Assembly: GCA_036821485.1 (NCBI GenBank)
Contig: DAISJM010000002.1
Location: 3,771-67,770 of the forward strand
DNA length: 64,000 nucleotides
Direction: 5' to 3'
Source: Verrucomicrobiota bacterium
Lineage (GTDB): Bacteria; Verrucomicrobiota; Kiritimatiellia; CAIQIC01; JAGNIJ01
Positions 27,870 through 38,026 of this stretch are shown here, in pieces (position 1 is the first letter of the stretch; every line of letters begins with the position of its first letter). Under the pieces are notes generated by a model, which saw only the letters and a program-made list of their open reading frames with translations, was not told where the DNA came from and searched no databases. The position numbers and the translations under genes are program-made.

Positions 27870-27984
27870 GACGAGCCTCCCAATGGTGAATTCAGTTTTG
27901 CCGATATTCTTACACCCTGTCGAGAGCAAAGTATAGAACACCCGCGTTTATCCACTCATCGACAGTAGTAAGTTACCCATGCGC

Positions 27985-28008
27985 CATATACGTGTCAACA
28001 CGTATATG
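27985..28008. promoter_or_regulatory. perfect 10-bp inverted repeat CATATACGTG-N4-CACGTATATG followed by a T-run, in the divergent intergenic region upstream of the sensor kinase
   Basis: Seen directly; followed by TCTTTTTCT. It lies ~108 bp upstream of the histidine-kinase ATG and ~115 bp upstream of the divergent secreted-protein gene. Confidence 0.45.
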
Positions 28009-28115
28009 TCTTTTTCTAACGAAACATCCAACGCCACGCAAAACACCAGCACCTTGCAGGGCAATTCTTCGTTTTTCCGTGAATTGCACTCCATCGCTGT
28101 TTATCCTACATAGCC

Positions 28116-29879
28116 ATGACTCCGGCGCCTGTCTCACATTCCACACGATGGCCATGGGTGGCAGCCGCCCTCACTGCAGCATTCGGGTTCTCCATCACTA
28201 CTGTCCTTTGGAGAGCACGTATCCACCTGGAGGATACAACTGCCACCGACGAGTTCCGCGCAGAAGCCGACAGCTTGCACCAGCGAGTGAATCGCGAAGT
28301 TCGTCTCTTCACCGACGTCTTGGATTCCATCCGCGATTTGCACAGTATCTCCACGCGCATCACACCCGATGAACTCGAGGAGTTTGTCGGCAAGGGCATG
28401 CTTCACCAGAAGGAAATCCTCGGCTCGTTCGGATTCGCCCAACGGATCGCGCGCGATGTGCGAGGCGCTTTCGAGGCCTCTTCGACGGAGGCTGTCGGCG
28501 CAGGACCGAAGATTGTCGAACAGGATGCCGAGGACTCCTTCCGCCCAGCAGGCGACAGACCCGAATATTATCCGCTCACCTATCAGACACCATCGAACGG
28601 CTTATCCCTGCCCATTGGTTTCGATTTTGGCTCGCGTGCCGACGATCGCGCCGCCATCCAGCACATGCTGGACACTGGGCTCTTCTCACAGGGACATCGC
28701 TTTGCAGCGAACGATCGCTTCGTCGGTGTGTACGTCTTCGCCCCTATCATCTCTCCTGCGGATAACACACCTCCGCCCCCACGGCTCTACATGGCCGGTT
28801 TCGCGGTCGCAATCTTCCAGCCATCACTGATTCTCGACCGCGCTGCAACTGGATTGAATGTTCCCCATTTTCGCGCCGAGTTTGCTGAACCACCCCCCAC
28901 CTTCCATGCATCCACTCCCGTCGTAACAACCATCGGCTCTCCTTCCACAGCCCTTCGATTTGAGGCGCCGGTACGGGTGGCTGATCATACGTGGCTACTC
29001 CGTTGCGAAGCGGGTCCCGAATACCTGCTCGCCAAGCGGTCTGGGCAACCGCTCCTTCTACTGGTCGGCGGCAGCGTCATCACCGTGCTGCTGGCCACGC
29101 TTCTCTTCACACTCGTCAGTCGTACGCGCCGCACGGAGAAGATTGTCCAAACGCGCACCGCTGCCCTGCGCGAGGCCCACGAACACCTCCGCCGGGAAAT
29201 GGCGGAGCGCGGCCGGCTTGAGCATGAACTCCTGGAAATCAGCGAGCGCGAACAGCACCGCGTAGGCCGCGACCTCCATGATTCGCTCGGCCAGAAACTT
29301 ACCGGTGCCGTCTATCTCAGCCGCGCCCTGCTCAGCCAACTGGCCGACGCCGGCGACGAGACCCGCGAAAGCGCGGAGAAGATCAACGGCATTCTCAAGG
29401 ACGCTGTCACACAGGTCCGACGCATTGCGCGCGGCCTTGCCCCCGTCGAACTCGAGGAGGGCGGCCTCGCCTACGCGCTGCGCAAGCTGGCCGAGGAAGC
29501 GCGCGAACTCTATAACGTGTCGTGTGAGTTCACCTCCTCCAACCTCCGCCTCCCCGGCAAGACATCGCTGCACCTCTACCACATCACCCAGGAGGCGATC
29601 CACAATGCCGTCCGCCACGGAGGCGCCACGCACATCCGCATCGGCCTCAGCGAAGCCGGCGGCAACGGTGTGCTTACGGTCGAGGACGATGGCCGCGGCA
29701 TCCCCGATGCGGCGGAGCGGAAGAGCGGCATGGGCCTCCACATCATGGGCTACCGGGCCGAGTCCATCGGCGGAACGTTCGACGTGAGGCGGAAGAGCGA
29801 TCGAGGGACCGTGTTGACATGTCGGTTCAGAATTGGCAACCAATCAGGTGCCGGCGGCACGCCGAGCAAGGACACGTGA
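28116..29879 (+). CDS. sensor histidine kinase, NarX/DesK-type (HisKA_3) with a periplasmic CHASE-like sensor domain
   Basis: Two TM segments bracket a ~270-aa extracytoplasmic domain. HisKA_3 box EREQHRVGRDLHDSLGQ; HATPase_c motifs (HNAVRHGGA, VEDDGRGIP, GMGL). Confidence 0.85.
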   Translation: MTPAPVSHSTRWPWVAAALTAAFGFSITTVLWRARIHLEDTTATDEFRAEADSLHQRVNREVRLFTDVLDSIRDLHSISTRITPDELEEFVGKGMLHQKEILGSFGFAQRIARDVRGAFEASSTEAVGAGPKIVEQDAEDSFRPAGDRPEYYPLTYQTPSNGLSLPIGFDFGSRADDRAAIQHMLDTGLFSQGHRFAANDRFVGVYVFAPIISPADNTPPPPRLYMAGFAVAIFQPSLILDRAATGLNVPHFRAEFAEPPPTFHASTPVVTTIGSPSTALRFEAPVRVADHTWLLRCEAGPEYLLAKRSGQPLLLLVGGSVITVLLATLLFTLVSRTRRTEKIVQTRTAALREAHEHLRREMAERGRLEHELLEISEREQHRVGRDLHDSLGQKLTGAVYLSRALLSQLADAGDETRESAEKINGILKDAVTQVRRIARGLAPVELEEGGLAYALRKLAEEARELYNVSCEFTSSNLRLPGKTSLHLYHITQEAIHNAVRHGGATHIRIGLSEAGGNGVLTVEDDGRGIPDAAERKSGMGLHIMGYRAESIGGTFDVRRKSDRGTVLTCRFRIGNQSGAGGTPSKDT

Positions 29880-29886
29880 CCATCGT

Positions 29887-30570
29887 ATGAAGAAAACCGA
29901 CTCACATGACAATCGGAAGGCGCGCATCCTGGTGATCGACGATCACTCCGTCGTCCGTCACGGCCTGGCTGCCCTGCTCGCCGGAGAAAAGGATATGACC
30001 ATCTGCGGCGAGGCGGCTACCTACGAAGAAGGACTCGCCGCTGCGCTGGAACTGCGGCCCGACATGATGCTGGTCGATATCGTACTCAAGGACCGCAGCG
30101 GCCTGGATCTGATCCGCGACGCGCGCGAGAAGGGTTTCGAAGGCTATTCGCTTGTACTCTCCATGCACGACGAGACCACGCACGCGGAGAAGGCGCTACG
30201 CGCCGGCGCGCAGGGCTACGTGATGAAGGAAAACGCCGACGAGGTCATCGTGGGAGCCATCCGCGAGGTGCTGCGCGGCGAACTCTATTTCAGTGAGCGT
30301 GCCTCGGAACAAATTCTGCGGCAAATGATCGAGAACCCGCCGGGCGAAACGCCGGAGCATGGCGTGGAGAGCCTGACCGCGCGCGAAAAGGAAGTTTTCG
30401 TTTGCATCGGCGAAGGTCTATCCACAAAGAAGATCGCGGAGAAACTCGAATTGAGCGCGCGGACCGTGGAAGTGCACCGCGCACACATCAAGCACAAGCT
30501 GCAGTGCGAAGATGCGGCACAGGTGTTCCGCGAGGCCGTACGCTGGGTCGAACAGCAGGCCGGGAATTGA
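29887..30570 (+). CDS. response regulator, NarL/FixJ (LuxR-type HTH) family
   Basis: REC domain (ILVIDDHSVVRHGL...D...K) plus a C-terminal LuxR HTH (LTAREKEVFVCIGEGLSTKKIAEKLELSARTVEVHRAHIKHKL). Confidence 0.9.
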   Translation: MKKTDSHDNRKARILVIDDHSVVRHGLAALLAGEKDMTICGEAATYEEGLAAALELRPDMMLVDIVLKDRSGLDLIRDAREKGFEGYSLVLSMHDETTHAEKALRAGAQGYVMKENADEVIVGAIREVLRGELYFSERASEQILRQMIENPPGETPEHGVESLTAREKEVFVCIGEGLSTKKIAEKLELSARTVEVHRAHIKHKLQCEDAAQVFREAVRWVEQQAGN

Positions 30571-30577
30571 TGTCCAT

Positions 30578-31243
30578 ATGAACCCGATTATCCTCAAGTC
30601 GCTATTGATCCTCGCCGCCTATCTCCTGGGCGCCGTCCCAATCGGGCTGCTGCTCGCACGCATGAAAGGCGTGGACATCCGTACCGTGGGCAGCGGCAAT
30701 ATCGGTGCAACCAATGTATTCCGATCCGTCAGCAAAGGATTGGGCATCCTGACGTTCGTGGGTGACGCCGTGAAGGGCTTTGTGCCAGCGTTCGTTTTTC
30801 CAATCCTTGGAAAATACCTCTTCGGAACTCTCCAAGGTTCGGAAATCGGCATCCTGTGCGGGTTCGCCGCCATCGCCGGACACAACTGGCCCGTCTTCCT
30901 TCGCTTCAAGGGCGGCAAAGGCATCGCCACCAGCGCCGGAGTACTGCTTGGCATCGCTCCTGCCGCCGTCGGCATCGGTCTCGCTGCGTGGATACTCCTC
31001 TTTGTCATCAGCCGGTATGTGTCCGTGGCGTCCATCGGCGCTGCCCTTGCCGTGCCAGCCGCATCGTGGATCATGTATCTCCCCCGGGGGCTTTTGCTCC
31101 CCTCTGTCCTGACCCTGCTGGGCTTGATCGCCGTGTGGCGTCACAAATCCAACATCCAGCGGCTCCTCAACGGCACCGAGCATCGGTTCCAGTTTGGGAA
31201 GAAGCCCAACGAAAGCACATCTGGATCAACACATCAGAACTGA
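30578..31243 (+). CDS. plsY: glycerol-3-phosphate acyltransferase PlsY
   Basis: MNPIILKSLLILAAYLLGAVPIG...GSGNIGATNV...GHNWPVFLRFKGGKGIATSAG. Confidence 0.9.
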   Translation: MNPIILKSLLILAAYLLGAVPIGLLLARMKGVDIRTVGSGNIGATNVFRSVSKGLGILTFVGDAVKGFVPAFVFPILGKYLFGTLQGSEIGILCGFAAIAGHNWPVFLRFKGGKGIATSAGVLLGIAPAAVGIGLAAWILLFVISRYVSVASIGAALAVPAASWIMYLPRGLLLPSVLTLLGLIAVWRHKSNIQRLLNGTEHRFQFGKKPNESTSGSTHQN

Positions 31244-31256
31244 TCATTGGAGCTCT

Positions 31257-32249
31257 ATGAATATATCCATCATCGGTGACGGAGGTTGGGGTACAGCCCT
31301 GGCCATGGTACTCCACGAGAATCAACATGCGGTCCGCATCTGGGGTCCCTTCGAGGAATACATCGACCAGATCCGGCGCACCGGCGAGAACACCAAGTTC
31401 CTTCCCGGCGTCAAGTTGCCGCACGGTCTACGCTGGACCTCCGACCGCCGTGAGGCCACGGCATCTGCCGATATCGTGGTCTTCGCCGTCCCATCGCGAT
31501 TCTTCCGCGCGGTGGTGAAGTCGTTTGCGGCCGACATCCCCAAGACCTGCCCCGTCGTTAGCGTGACCAAGGGTCTCGACAAGGATACCTGTCATCGCAT
31601 GACCGACGTTGCCGCCGAACTGCTCGGCCGCGGCCCCATCGCCGCGCTCTCCGGACCCAGCCACGCGGAGGAGGTTGCCCGCGGCGTACCCACGGCCGTG
31701 ACGATCGCCTGTGAGGACCACGGCGTTGCAGAGCAGCTTCAGAAGGCCTTCATGCAACCGGCGTTTCGTGTGTACACGTCGGACGACGTGATCGGTGCCG
31801 AATTGGGTGGCGCGTTGAAGAACGTCGTCGCCATCGCTGCCGGCGTGTGCGACGGCATCGGCTTCGGCGACAACACGAAGGCCGCCCTGATGACGCGCGG
31901 CCTTGCAGAAATCGGCCGGCTCGGCTGTGCACTTGGCGCGCATCCCGCCACCTTCGCCGGCCTGAGCGGCATGGGCGATCTTGTCGTTACCTGCTTCAGC
32001 CGCCACAGCCGCAATCGCGCCGTGGGCGAACGGCTCGGGCGCGGCGAGCCGATCCAGAAGATTCTCGACAGCATGGAGCAGGTGGCCGAGGGCGTGTGGA
32101 CCTGCGCCACGGCCCGCGCGTTGGCGGCGCAACAGAACATCCCCGTGCCGATCACAGACGAGGTGTATGGGGTGATCTACGAGGGCAAGGATCCGCGGGC
32201 AGCCGTGCAGGCGCTGATGACGCGCGACCCGCGGCCCGAAAGGGATTAG
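31257..32249 (+). CDS. gpsA: NAD(P)H-dependent glycerol-3-phosphate dehydrogenase
   Basis: MNISIIGDGGWGTALAMVL...; GpsA motifs throughout; directly downstream of plsY. Confidence 0.92.
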   Translation: MNISIIGDGGWGTALAMVLHENQHAVRIWGPFEEYIDQIRRTGENTKFLPGVKLPHGLRWTSDRREATASADIVVFAVPSRFFRAVVKSFAADIPKTCPVVSVTKGLDKDTCHRMTDVAAELLGRGPIAALSGPSHAEEVARGVPTAVTIACEDHGVAEQLQKAFMQPAFRVYTSDDVIGAELGGALKNVVAIAAGVCDGIGFGDNTKAALMTRGLAEIGRLGCALGAHPATFAGLSGMGDLVVTCFSRHSRNRAVGERLGRGEPIQKILDSMEQVAEGVWTCATARALAAQQNIPVPITDEVYGVIYEGKDPRAAVQALMTRDPRPERD

Positions 32250-32264
32250 TCCGTCCCGGTGCGC

Positions 32265-35207
32265 TTACCAGGGCGGTGTGGCTTCGATCCGCTGCACTTC
32301 CTGGATCGCCATCTGCATGGTCAGCATGTCACCCGCTTCCTTTGCCACCACCGCGTAGTCGCGCCAAAGATCCGCCTTCCAAGGTGCCAAGTCGGTCGCT
32401 TTTCTGAGCCATTCCTTGGCCGATGTCCAGTCGCCCTTGACCGTGCCGACATACTTGCCCTTGAGGGCCATGAAGAGCGGCGCCTCGGGATAGAACGACA
32501 TGGCGCGGTCGATAAGCTGACCAGCAAATTCCTGGTTCCCAGCCTGCATGGCCAACACAGTCAGCCGGTGAAGCGACCAGAAATCATCCTGATTCAGCCG
32601 CAGCACCAACTGGTATTGGTACGCCGCGTCCTGCAGATTCCCCATCCCCTGTAGCGTCTCTGCGGAAGACCGGAGCAGCCGCGTGAAATCATCGCGGATC
32701 ACGGGGTTGCGCGGCGCCAGCGCAGATGCCTTCTCCAACAGGTCATACGCCATCTGATTCTCACCGGCCGTCTTCCGAGCATTGGCCTCCAGCGCGACCT
32801 TCAAACCCTCATGTTCATCCAGAACTGTCTTTGCCGCGGCCTCGTCGAGTCCCTCGAGAAACGACTGTGGCAAGGCCGTGAAATTCTGCAGCAGCAGTTC
32901 CATGTTGTCGTTGCTGGTGTAGCGCAGCGCATTCTTCGGCGCAGAAAACTCTACGTAAGGATGCGCGTCCGTGTTCAGCGCTCCCTTGCCGAATAACGCG
33001 TCGGACTTGGACAGGTCCGCCACGAACATGCCAAGAATCAACTCCGGCGCTTCGATACCAATGCCTGCAAGCGACGCTTTCACTTCGGGAATCGCGAACC
33101 GTGAACGAAGCACGGCCGGGTCGAGTTTCATCTCGCCATTGAAGCCGAGAAGCAGCGTGTCATCCCCCGTATAGAACATCGCGCACTTGGGGAACACCAT
33201 CACAAAGGACCTCACGATCATCGAAAAGTCTTCCTTCGACAACTCGTAGAGCGGGAGGTACTGGCACATGATGCCGCCCTCAGCCAGCCTCATCCGGGCC
33301 TGGCGGAAGTGCTCCACCGTGTAGAGATTGTTGGCGCCCGAATAGACGGGCTCAAAAGGATCCGACGTAATCACGTCGTACTTCATCGTTGTGCAAAAGA
33401 GATGATTGCGCCCGTCGCCCATCGTCACGTGTGCGCGAGGCGACGCCAGCACGTCGTGATTCCAACGGGCAAAAGCCTTGGCCACAGCGCGAACCGCCGG
33501 CTCAATCTCGACGACCTCGAGATGATCGACCGGATAACAGCTCAGCGCACCGAAGGTCACCCCGGCACCCAGACCGATGTTGACCACCCGCTTGGGGTTG
33601 GGATGGAAGAGCATCGGCAGGTGCCCCATCATCCGCTGCAGCATCATGCTGCGCGAGGTCGTGTCAGCCTCCACCTTGCCATCGCTCGAGAAGTAAAGTG
33701 CCTGATCGTCCGACCGCGTCACCGCCACGTTGGCCAAGAGCCCTTCCTTGTAGAGCAGCACTTCCTCGGAGTCCATGCGCTCGCGCAACACGATATCGCC
33801 GTCCTTAAGGAAACCCCATGGAGCGAAATAGGGTCCAACCGCCATCAGCTTCTGATTCCACCCTGGATGTGTCGCATAGCCCCATGTGCCAAGCAGCAAC
33901 ACCATGGCCAGAGCAATACCGACCGGCTTCACCGCCGCACGTGAGGTCAACACCAGCAGCGCGCCAACCACGAGCGCCAATCCGGCTAACACCAGCAATG
34001 ACCGCTCTGCACCCAGCATGGGCAGGAGCAGGAATCCCCCTGCGCAGGAACCCAACACGCCGCCGATGGTGTTCAGCGTGTAGGCCCGGCCAACCGCACG
34101 GTGCGAGACGCCGAGCGCGCGGCGCACCGTCTTGGTCGCCGCCGTAAACGAAAGCCCCATGAATATCGACGGAACCAGTAGGAAGAAGGTCGTGATAAGG
34201 AACCGTGCTCCGGTGATCGCCTCCCACGTAAGCGACTCCCGCTTCAAGTACTCAAGCAGGAATATCGGCATGCGGTTAAACCAACGAAGCGACAACACGG
34301 TGAAGAGGCCAATCGCAATCTGTGCGCCGCCGAACACGAGCACCGGGAACCGGCTCCGGTCCGCCAACCAGCCGAACGCCAGCGAACCCAATGCCATACC
34401 AAACAGCATGACGGACAGCATTGCGCTGAACGAGTACGTCGTCGATCCGAACACCAGCACAAGCGCACGGAACCAAACGACCTCCAGCGCCAGCGCCACG
34501 AAGCCGGAGAGTAACACCGCCGCGGCCAACCCGGTCCCCACGTTCGGCATCCCAACCTCCAACGCATCCCGGGTACCCGGCACCGGCTCGTCGACCTTCC
34601 CCGTGGCACCCAGCATCAACGCTCCGCCTGCAACCAGCAGGTTCAACAACACCGCCACCGTGTTTGCCCCGGACACACCAATGCGCGCGATCAGGATGAA
34701 TCCACTGGCCAGCAATCCCGCCACCGCACCCAGCGTGTTGATCCCATACAACCAGCCCAGTCGCGACCCAAAGCGCTCATCTTTTCGCAACAATGCACGG
34801 GCGAGTACGGGCAACGTGCCGCCCATGCACATCGTCGGCACCAGCATGACCGCAATGGCCAGCGTGAAGCGGAGCGGTGTCAGCACCCAAAGCGAGTCGG
34901 ACATGTGCTGGTACGCAGCCCGGTAAGTAATCCGCATGAGAGAGAACAGCACCGGCATCGCGAGCGCATAAAGGCCAATCACGAGATTCAACAGACCGAA
35001 CAGTCGGACAGGCCGCCAACTGCGTCCCGCCTGTTTGCCAAAGAGATGGGCGCCGAAAGCCAGCCCTCCCATGTAGGCCGTGAAGACCGTCGTTGCCGCA
35101 TAAACCGTGTTGCCAAAGATGAGCCCAAGCTGCCGCATCCAAAGCAGCTCGTATACCAACGCGGCAAACCCCGAGCAGAAGAAGAGCAGACTAACCACAA
35201 TCGTCAT
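32265..35207 (-). CDS. fused MFS-like membrane domain / spermidine-synthase-like (class I SAM-MTase fold) protein with C-terminal TPR repeats
   Basis: N-terminal ~480 aa with 12 or more TM segments; central VVNIGLGAGVTFGALSCYPVDHLEVVEIEPAV...DVITSD (spermidine synthase / PABS-like); C-terminal TPR repeats. Start placed at MTIVVSLLFFCSG (35207). Confidence 0.75.
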   Translation of the reverse strand: MTIVVSLLFFCSGFAALVYELLWMRQLGLIFGNTVYAATTVFTAYMGGLAFGAHLFGKQAGRSWRPVRLFGLLNLVIGLYALAMPVLFSLMRITYRAAYQHMSDSLWVLTPLRFTLAIAVMLVPTMCMGGTLPVLARALLRKDERFGSRLGWLYGINTLGAVAGLLASGFILIARIGVSGANTVAVLLNLLVAGGALMLGATGKVDEPVPGTRDALEVGMPNVGTGLAAAVLLSGFVALALEVVWFRALVLVFGSTTYSFSAMLSVMLFGMALGSLAFGWLADRSRFPVLVFGGAQIAIGLFTVLSLRWFNRMPIFLLEYLKRESLTWEAITGARFLITTFFLLVPSIFMGLSFTAATKTVRRALGVSHRAVGRAYTLNTIGGVLGSCAGGFLLLPMLGAERSLLVLAGLALVVGALLVLTSRAAVKPVGIALAMVLLLGTWGYATHPGWNQKLMAVGPYFAPWGFLKDGDIVLRERMDSEEVLLYKEGLLANVAVTRSDDQALYFSSDGKVEADTTSRSMMLQRMMGHLPMLFHPNPKRVVNIGLGAGVTFGALSCYPVDHLEVVEIEPAVRAVAKAFARWNHDVLASPRAHVTMGDGRNHLFCTTMKYDVITSDPFEPVYSGANNLYTVEHFRQARMRLAEGGIMCQYLPLYELSKEDFSMIVRSFVMVFPKCAMFYTGDDTLLLGFNGEMKLDPAVLRSRFAIPEVKASLAGIGIEAPELILGMFVADLSKSDALFGKGALNTDAHPYVEFSAPKNALRYTSNDNMELLLQNFTALPQSFLEGLDEAAAKTVLDEHEGLKVALEANARKTAGENQMAYDLLEKASALAPRNPVIRDDFTRLLRSSAETLQGMGNLQDAAYQYQLVLRLNQDDFWSLHRLTVLAMQAGNQEFAGQLIDRAMSFYPEAPLFMALKGKYVGTVKGDWTSAKEWLRKATDLAPWKADLWRDYAVVAKEAGDMLTMQMAIQEVQRIEATPPW

Positions 35208-35253
35208 GTTGTATCCGTTATGCGGCCGGCTCGAAGAATCCCCGCGCGCGGGA

Positions 35254-37086
35254 TCAGAGATCGGGCAGCACCCTTGTTTCCTTGAGATAACCAATCACCC
35301 GCGACACAGCTTGAGCCGCTACGCATGGAGCGTCGAACTGCAGGTCCGCCTCTCCCTCCGCGCGCGACCCTATACGAATCGAAACCATTTTCGCAGGGCT
35401 TACCAACGTCTCGATGTCCTTGAGATTCTTGTCGGTAAGCAGTTGCGCTGTGCAAATGACGAGGAGCCCGGCGTCAAGCAGCACGTGCAGCATTTCGCCG
35501 AGCCGGCGGACCTGCTCGCGTGCCAGGCGATCATCCCCAAGACTCTCGGCATGGATATCCGCATCCAACCCGTGCACCACACTGCCCATGCCCAGGAAAT
35601 ACACCACGCGGCCCATGTTGAAGAGTTCCTGCTCCAGCGTCCGGGCCAGTTCCTTCCGGCCGACGCCAAGCTTGCCGGTGATGACGATCAGCGCCGCCTG
35701 TTGGGCAAAACGCTCGGCCCGCAATTCGGGCGATATGCGACTGCGCACCCATTTCTCGTCGCGGACGAAGGCCTCCCGCCGGAGATCCGACTCCTCATCC
35801 GGTAACGCTTCGCGAATGATCCCGCCGCCGGCAATGTTGTAGTTGTCGACGATGACAAACCGTCCGGTCCGCGGCGATTCCGTAATAATGTCGAACGCCG
35901 CCGGACGACGCGTCCTGAGTACGCACTCGGCCACTTCGTGCCGGTTCACCGACTTCCGCTCGCGATCCACCCCCAAGGTCGAGGCATCCAGCACCCACGA
36001 CACTTCCTCGACTTGCACGGGCAAATCCATCGCGCCGAGCTTGAACTTATAAGTCTTCTCCGGCGTCATCGGCTGCCGCGCCAACCAGAAAAGGTCCACG
36101 CGAAACCGCGATGTGACCTTTGGCGGTGGCTCGCCTTCGCGCGAGATCATCTCCCCGCGCGCCACGTAAATCTGTTCCGTCAGCGTGATGCCGACCGGCT
36201 CGCCCACCGCCGCCGACTGCGGTGCAGTCCTGTTGAATGCTTCAATACTCTGGACCACTGCGCGCTTGTTGGACGGCGAAAAGAGAACCGCGTCCCCCAC
36301 GCGAATCGTGCCGGCCTCGACGCGACCGGCCACAATCCGCCGCTCGTCGCCGAGCGCGGTGAACTTGTAGACATCCTGCACCGGCATACGCAGAGGCTTG
36401 TCGACATCCAACCGGCCGAGCTCGAAGCGATCAAACGTCTCCAGCACCGTAGGGCCCTTGTACCACTTCATCTTTTCCGAGGCTGCGGCCACATTAAAGC
36501 CGTTCCGTGAGTCCACCGGGATGAAGGCCACCGGCTTGGCTTTGATCTGCCCGAGGAACTGTCGGTACTCGCGCTCGATCTGTTCAAAAGCCTCCTGCCG
36601 GTAGTCCACAAGATCCATCTTGTTGATCACCACCACGAATTGGTCGATGCCCAGGATAGAGAGGAAATAGCCGTGCCGCCGCGAATTCTCGCGCACACCT
36701 TCGTGTGCGTCGATCAGGAGCAGCGCCGCGTCCGCGCGGGCCGCGCCCGACACCATGTTCTTCAGAAATTCGATATGCCCGGGCGCATCGATGATGATGT
36801 AATCGCGTTTGGCCGTCTTGAAGAAGCACCGCGCGGAGTCGATGGTTATGCCCTGCGACTGCTCATCCTTCAGTGCATCCAGCAGGTAGGCGTATTCCAG
36901 CGGCTTGGAGTTCCGCTCGCACTGCGCGCGGATCGCCTCCAGCTTGCCCTCGGGCAGATTCCCTGTGTCGGCCATGAGCCGCCCCACCAGCGTGCTCTTG
37001 CCATGGTCCACATGCCCGACCACCACCACACTCAGCCGCTCGCGGGTGTTGGTCTCGGCGCTTCTTGTTGGAGAGTCAGGGTTCAA
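35254..37086 (-). CDS. cysN: sulfate adenylyltransferase subunit 1 (CysN) fused to a degenerate APS-kinase-like C-terminal domain
   Basis: GTPase motifs [22 protein letters not shown]. The C-terminal ~170 aa align to the APS kinase fold, but the P-loop reads GKLGVGRKE instead of G(L)SGSGKST. Confidence 0.85.
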   Translation of the reverse strand: MNPDSPTRSAETNTRERLSVVVVGHVDHGKSTLVGRLMADTGNLPEGKLEAIRAQCERNSKPLEYAYLLDALKDEQSQGITIDSARCFFKTAKRDYIIIDAPGHIEFLKNMVSGAARADAALLLIDAHEGVRENSRRHGYFLSILGIDQFVVVINKMDLVDYRQEAFEQIEREYRQFLGQIKAKPVAFIPVDSRNGFNVAAASEKMKWYKGPTVLETFDRFELGRLDVDKPLRMPVQDVYKFTALGDERRIVAGRVEAGTIRVGDAVLFSPSNKRAVVQSIEAFNRTAPQSAAVGEPVGITLTEQIYVARGEMISREGEPPPKVTSRFRVDLFWLARQPMTPEKTYKFKLGAMDLPVQVEEVSWVLDASTLGVDRERKSVNRHEVAECVLRTRRPAAFDIITESPRTGRFVIVDNYNIAGGGIIREALPDEESDLRREAFVRDEKWVRSRISPELRAERFAQQAALIVITGKLGVGRKELARTLEQELFNMGRVVYFLGMGSVVHGLDADIHAESLGDDRLAREQVRRLGEMLHVLLDAGLLVICTAQLLTDKNLKDIETLVSPAKMVSIRIGSRAEGEADLQFDAPCVAAQAVSRVIGYLKETRVLPDL

Positions 37087-37127
37087 TGGATTCCAAGTTC
37101 CAGGTTCCTAATTTCAAGTTCTGCCTG

Positions 37128-38009
37128 CTACATGTAGCCTTCTCTTCGCAAGGTCTCGAGGCCACCGCCGTCTTCCTTGTCCTGTGCGCGACCGGATCGT
37201 TCCGCGATGCGCGCGAACTTGCCGCTGCGCAGTTCCTCCACAATGTCGCGCGGACACTTCGCGGTCGACGCCACCGGCTTCGTGCAGGGCGCACAGCCAA
37301 GCGAGCGGTAGCGTTGTCCGTTGCCCTGGTCGAAGTAGAGTGACGTCACCGGCACCTTCTCGCGGTCGATGTATTCCCAGATGTTCAGCTCCGTCCAATC
37401 GAGCAACGGGTGCACGCGAATGTGGGCGCCCGGTGGAAAATCGGTATTGAACTGGTTCCAGAATTCCGGCGGCTGGTCGCCGATATTCCAGTCGTTGTTC
37501 CGGTCGCGCGGCGAGAAGTAACGCTCCTTCGACCGGCTCCCCTCCTCGTCCGCACGAACGCCGACGATGACCCCCGTGTAGGGCTCCGGGTTGCTCTCCA
37601 CCTCGTACTGCCCCGTGCGATGGTTCAAGCGGTAACGCGGCCACTCGCCGGACAACGTCTTCTTCAGCGCCTCGGTCTTCAGACTCGCGCAACACTCCAG
37701 CCGCGTCGCCATCCCGTCTGGAAAAGTCTGCTTCGCCTCAAGCGCCTGCCGGTTCATGCCGTAGACCATGATCAGTTTCATCTCGCGCGCCAGCCGGTCG
37801 CGGTAGGTGATCATCTCCGGGATCTTGAAGTGGGTATCGACGTGCACCAGCGGAAATGGCACGTGACCGAGAAAGGCCTTGCGCGCGAGCCACAGCATCA
37901 CGGTGCTGTCCTTGCCGATGGACCAGAGCATGCAGAGGTTCTTGAACTTCGCGTAGGCCTCGCGAAGGATGTAGACGCTTTGACTTTCCAGTTGCTCGAG
38001 ATGATCCAT
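37128..38009 (-). CDS. cysD: sulfate adenylyltransferase subunit 2 (CysD)
   Basis: [22 protein letters not shown]...[12 protein letters not shown] (PAPS reductase / ATP sulfurylase small subunit family). Start at the internal Met at 38009; the long upstream extension is rejected. Confidence 0.88.
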   Translation of the reverse strand: MDHLEQLESQSVYILREAYAKFKNLCMLWSIGKDSTVMLWLARKAFLGHVPFPLVHVDTHFKIPEMITYRDRLAREMKLIMVYGMNRQALEAKQTFPDGMATRLECCASLKTEALKKTLSGEWPRYRLNHRTGQYEVESNPEPYTGVIVGVRADEEGSRSKERYFSPRDRNNDWNIGDQPPEFWNQFNTDFPPGAHIRVHPLLDWTELNIWEYIDREKVPVTSLYFDQGNGQRYRSLGCAPCTKPVASTAKCPRDIVEELRSGKFARIAERSGRAQDKEDGGGLETLRREGYM

Positions 38010-38026
38010 GACGACGCTCCGACGGG

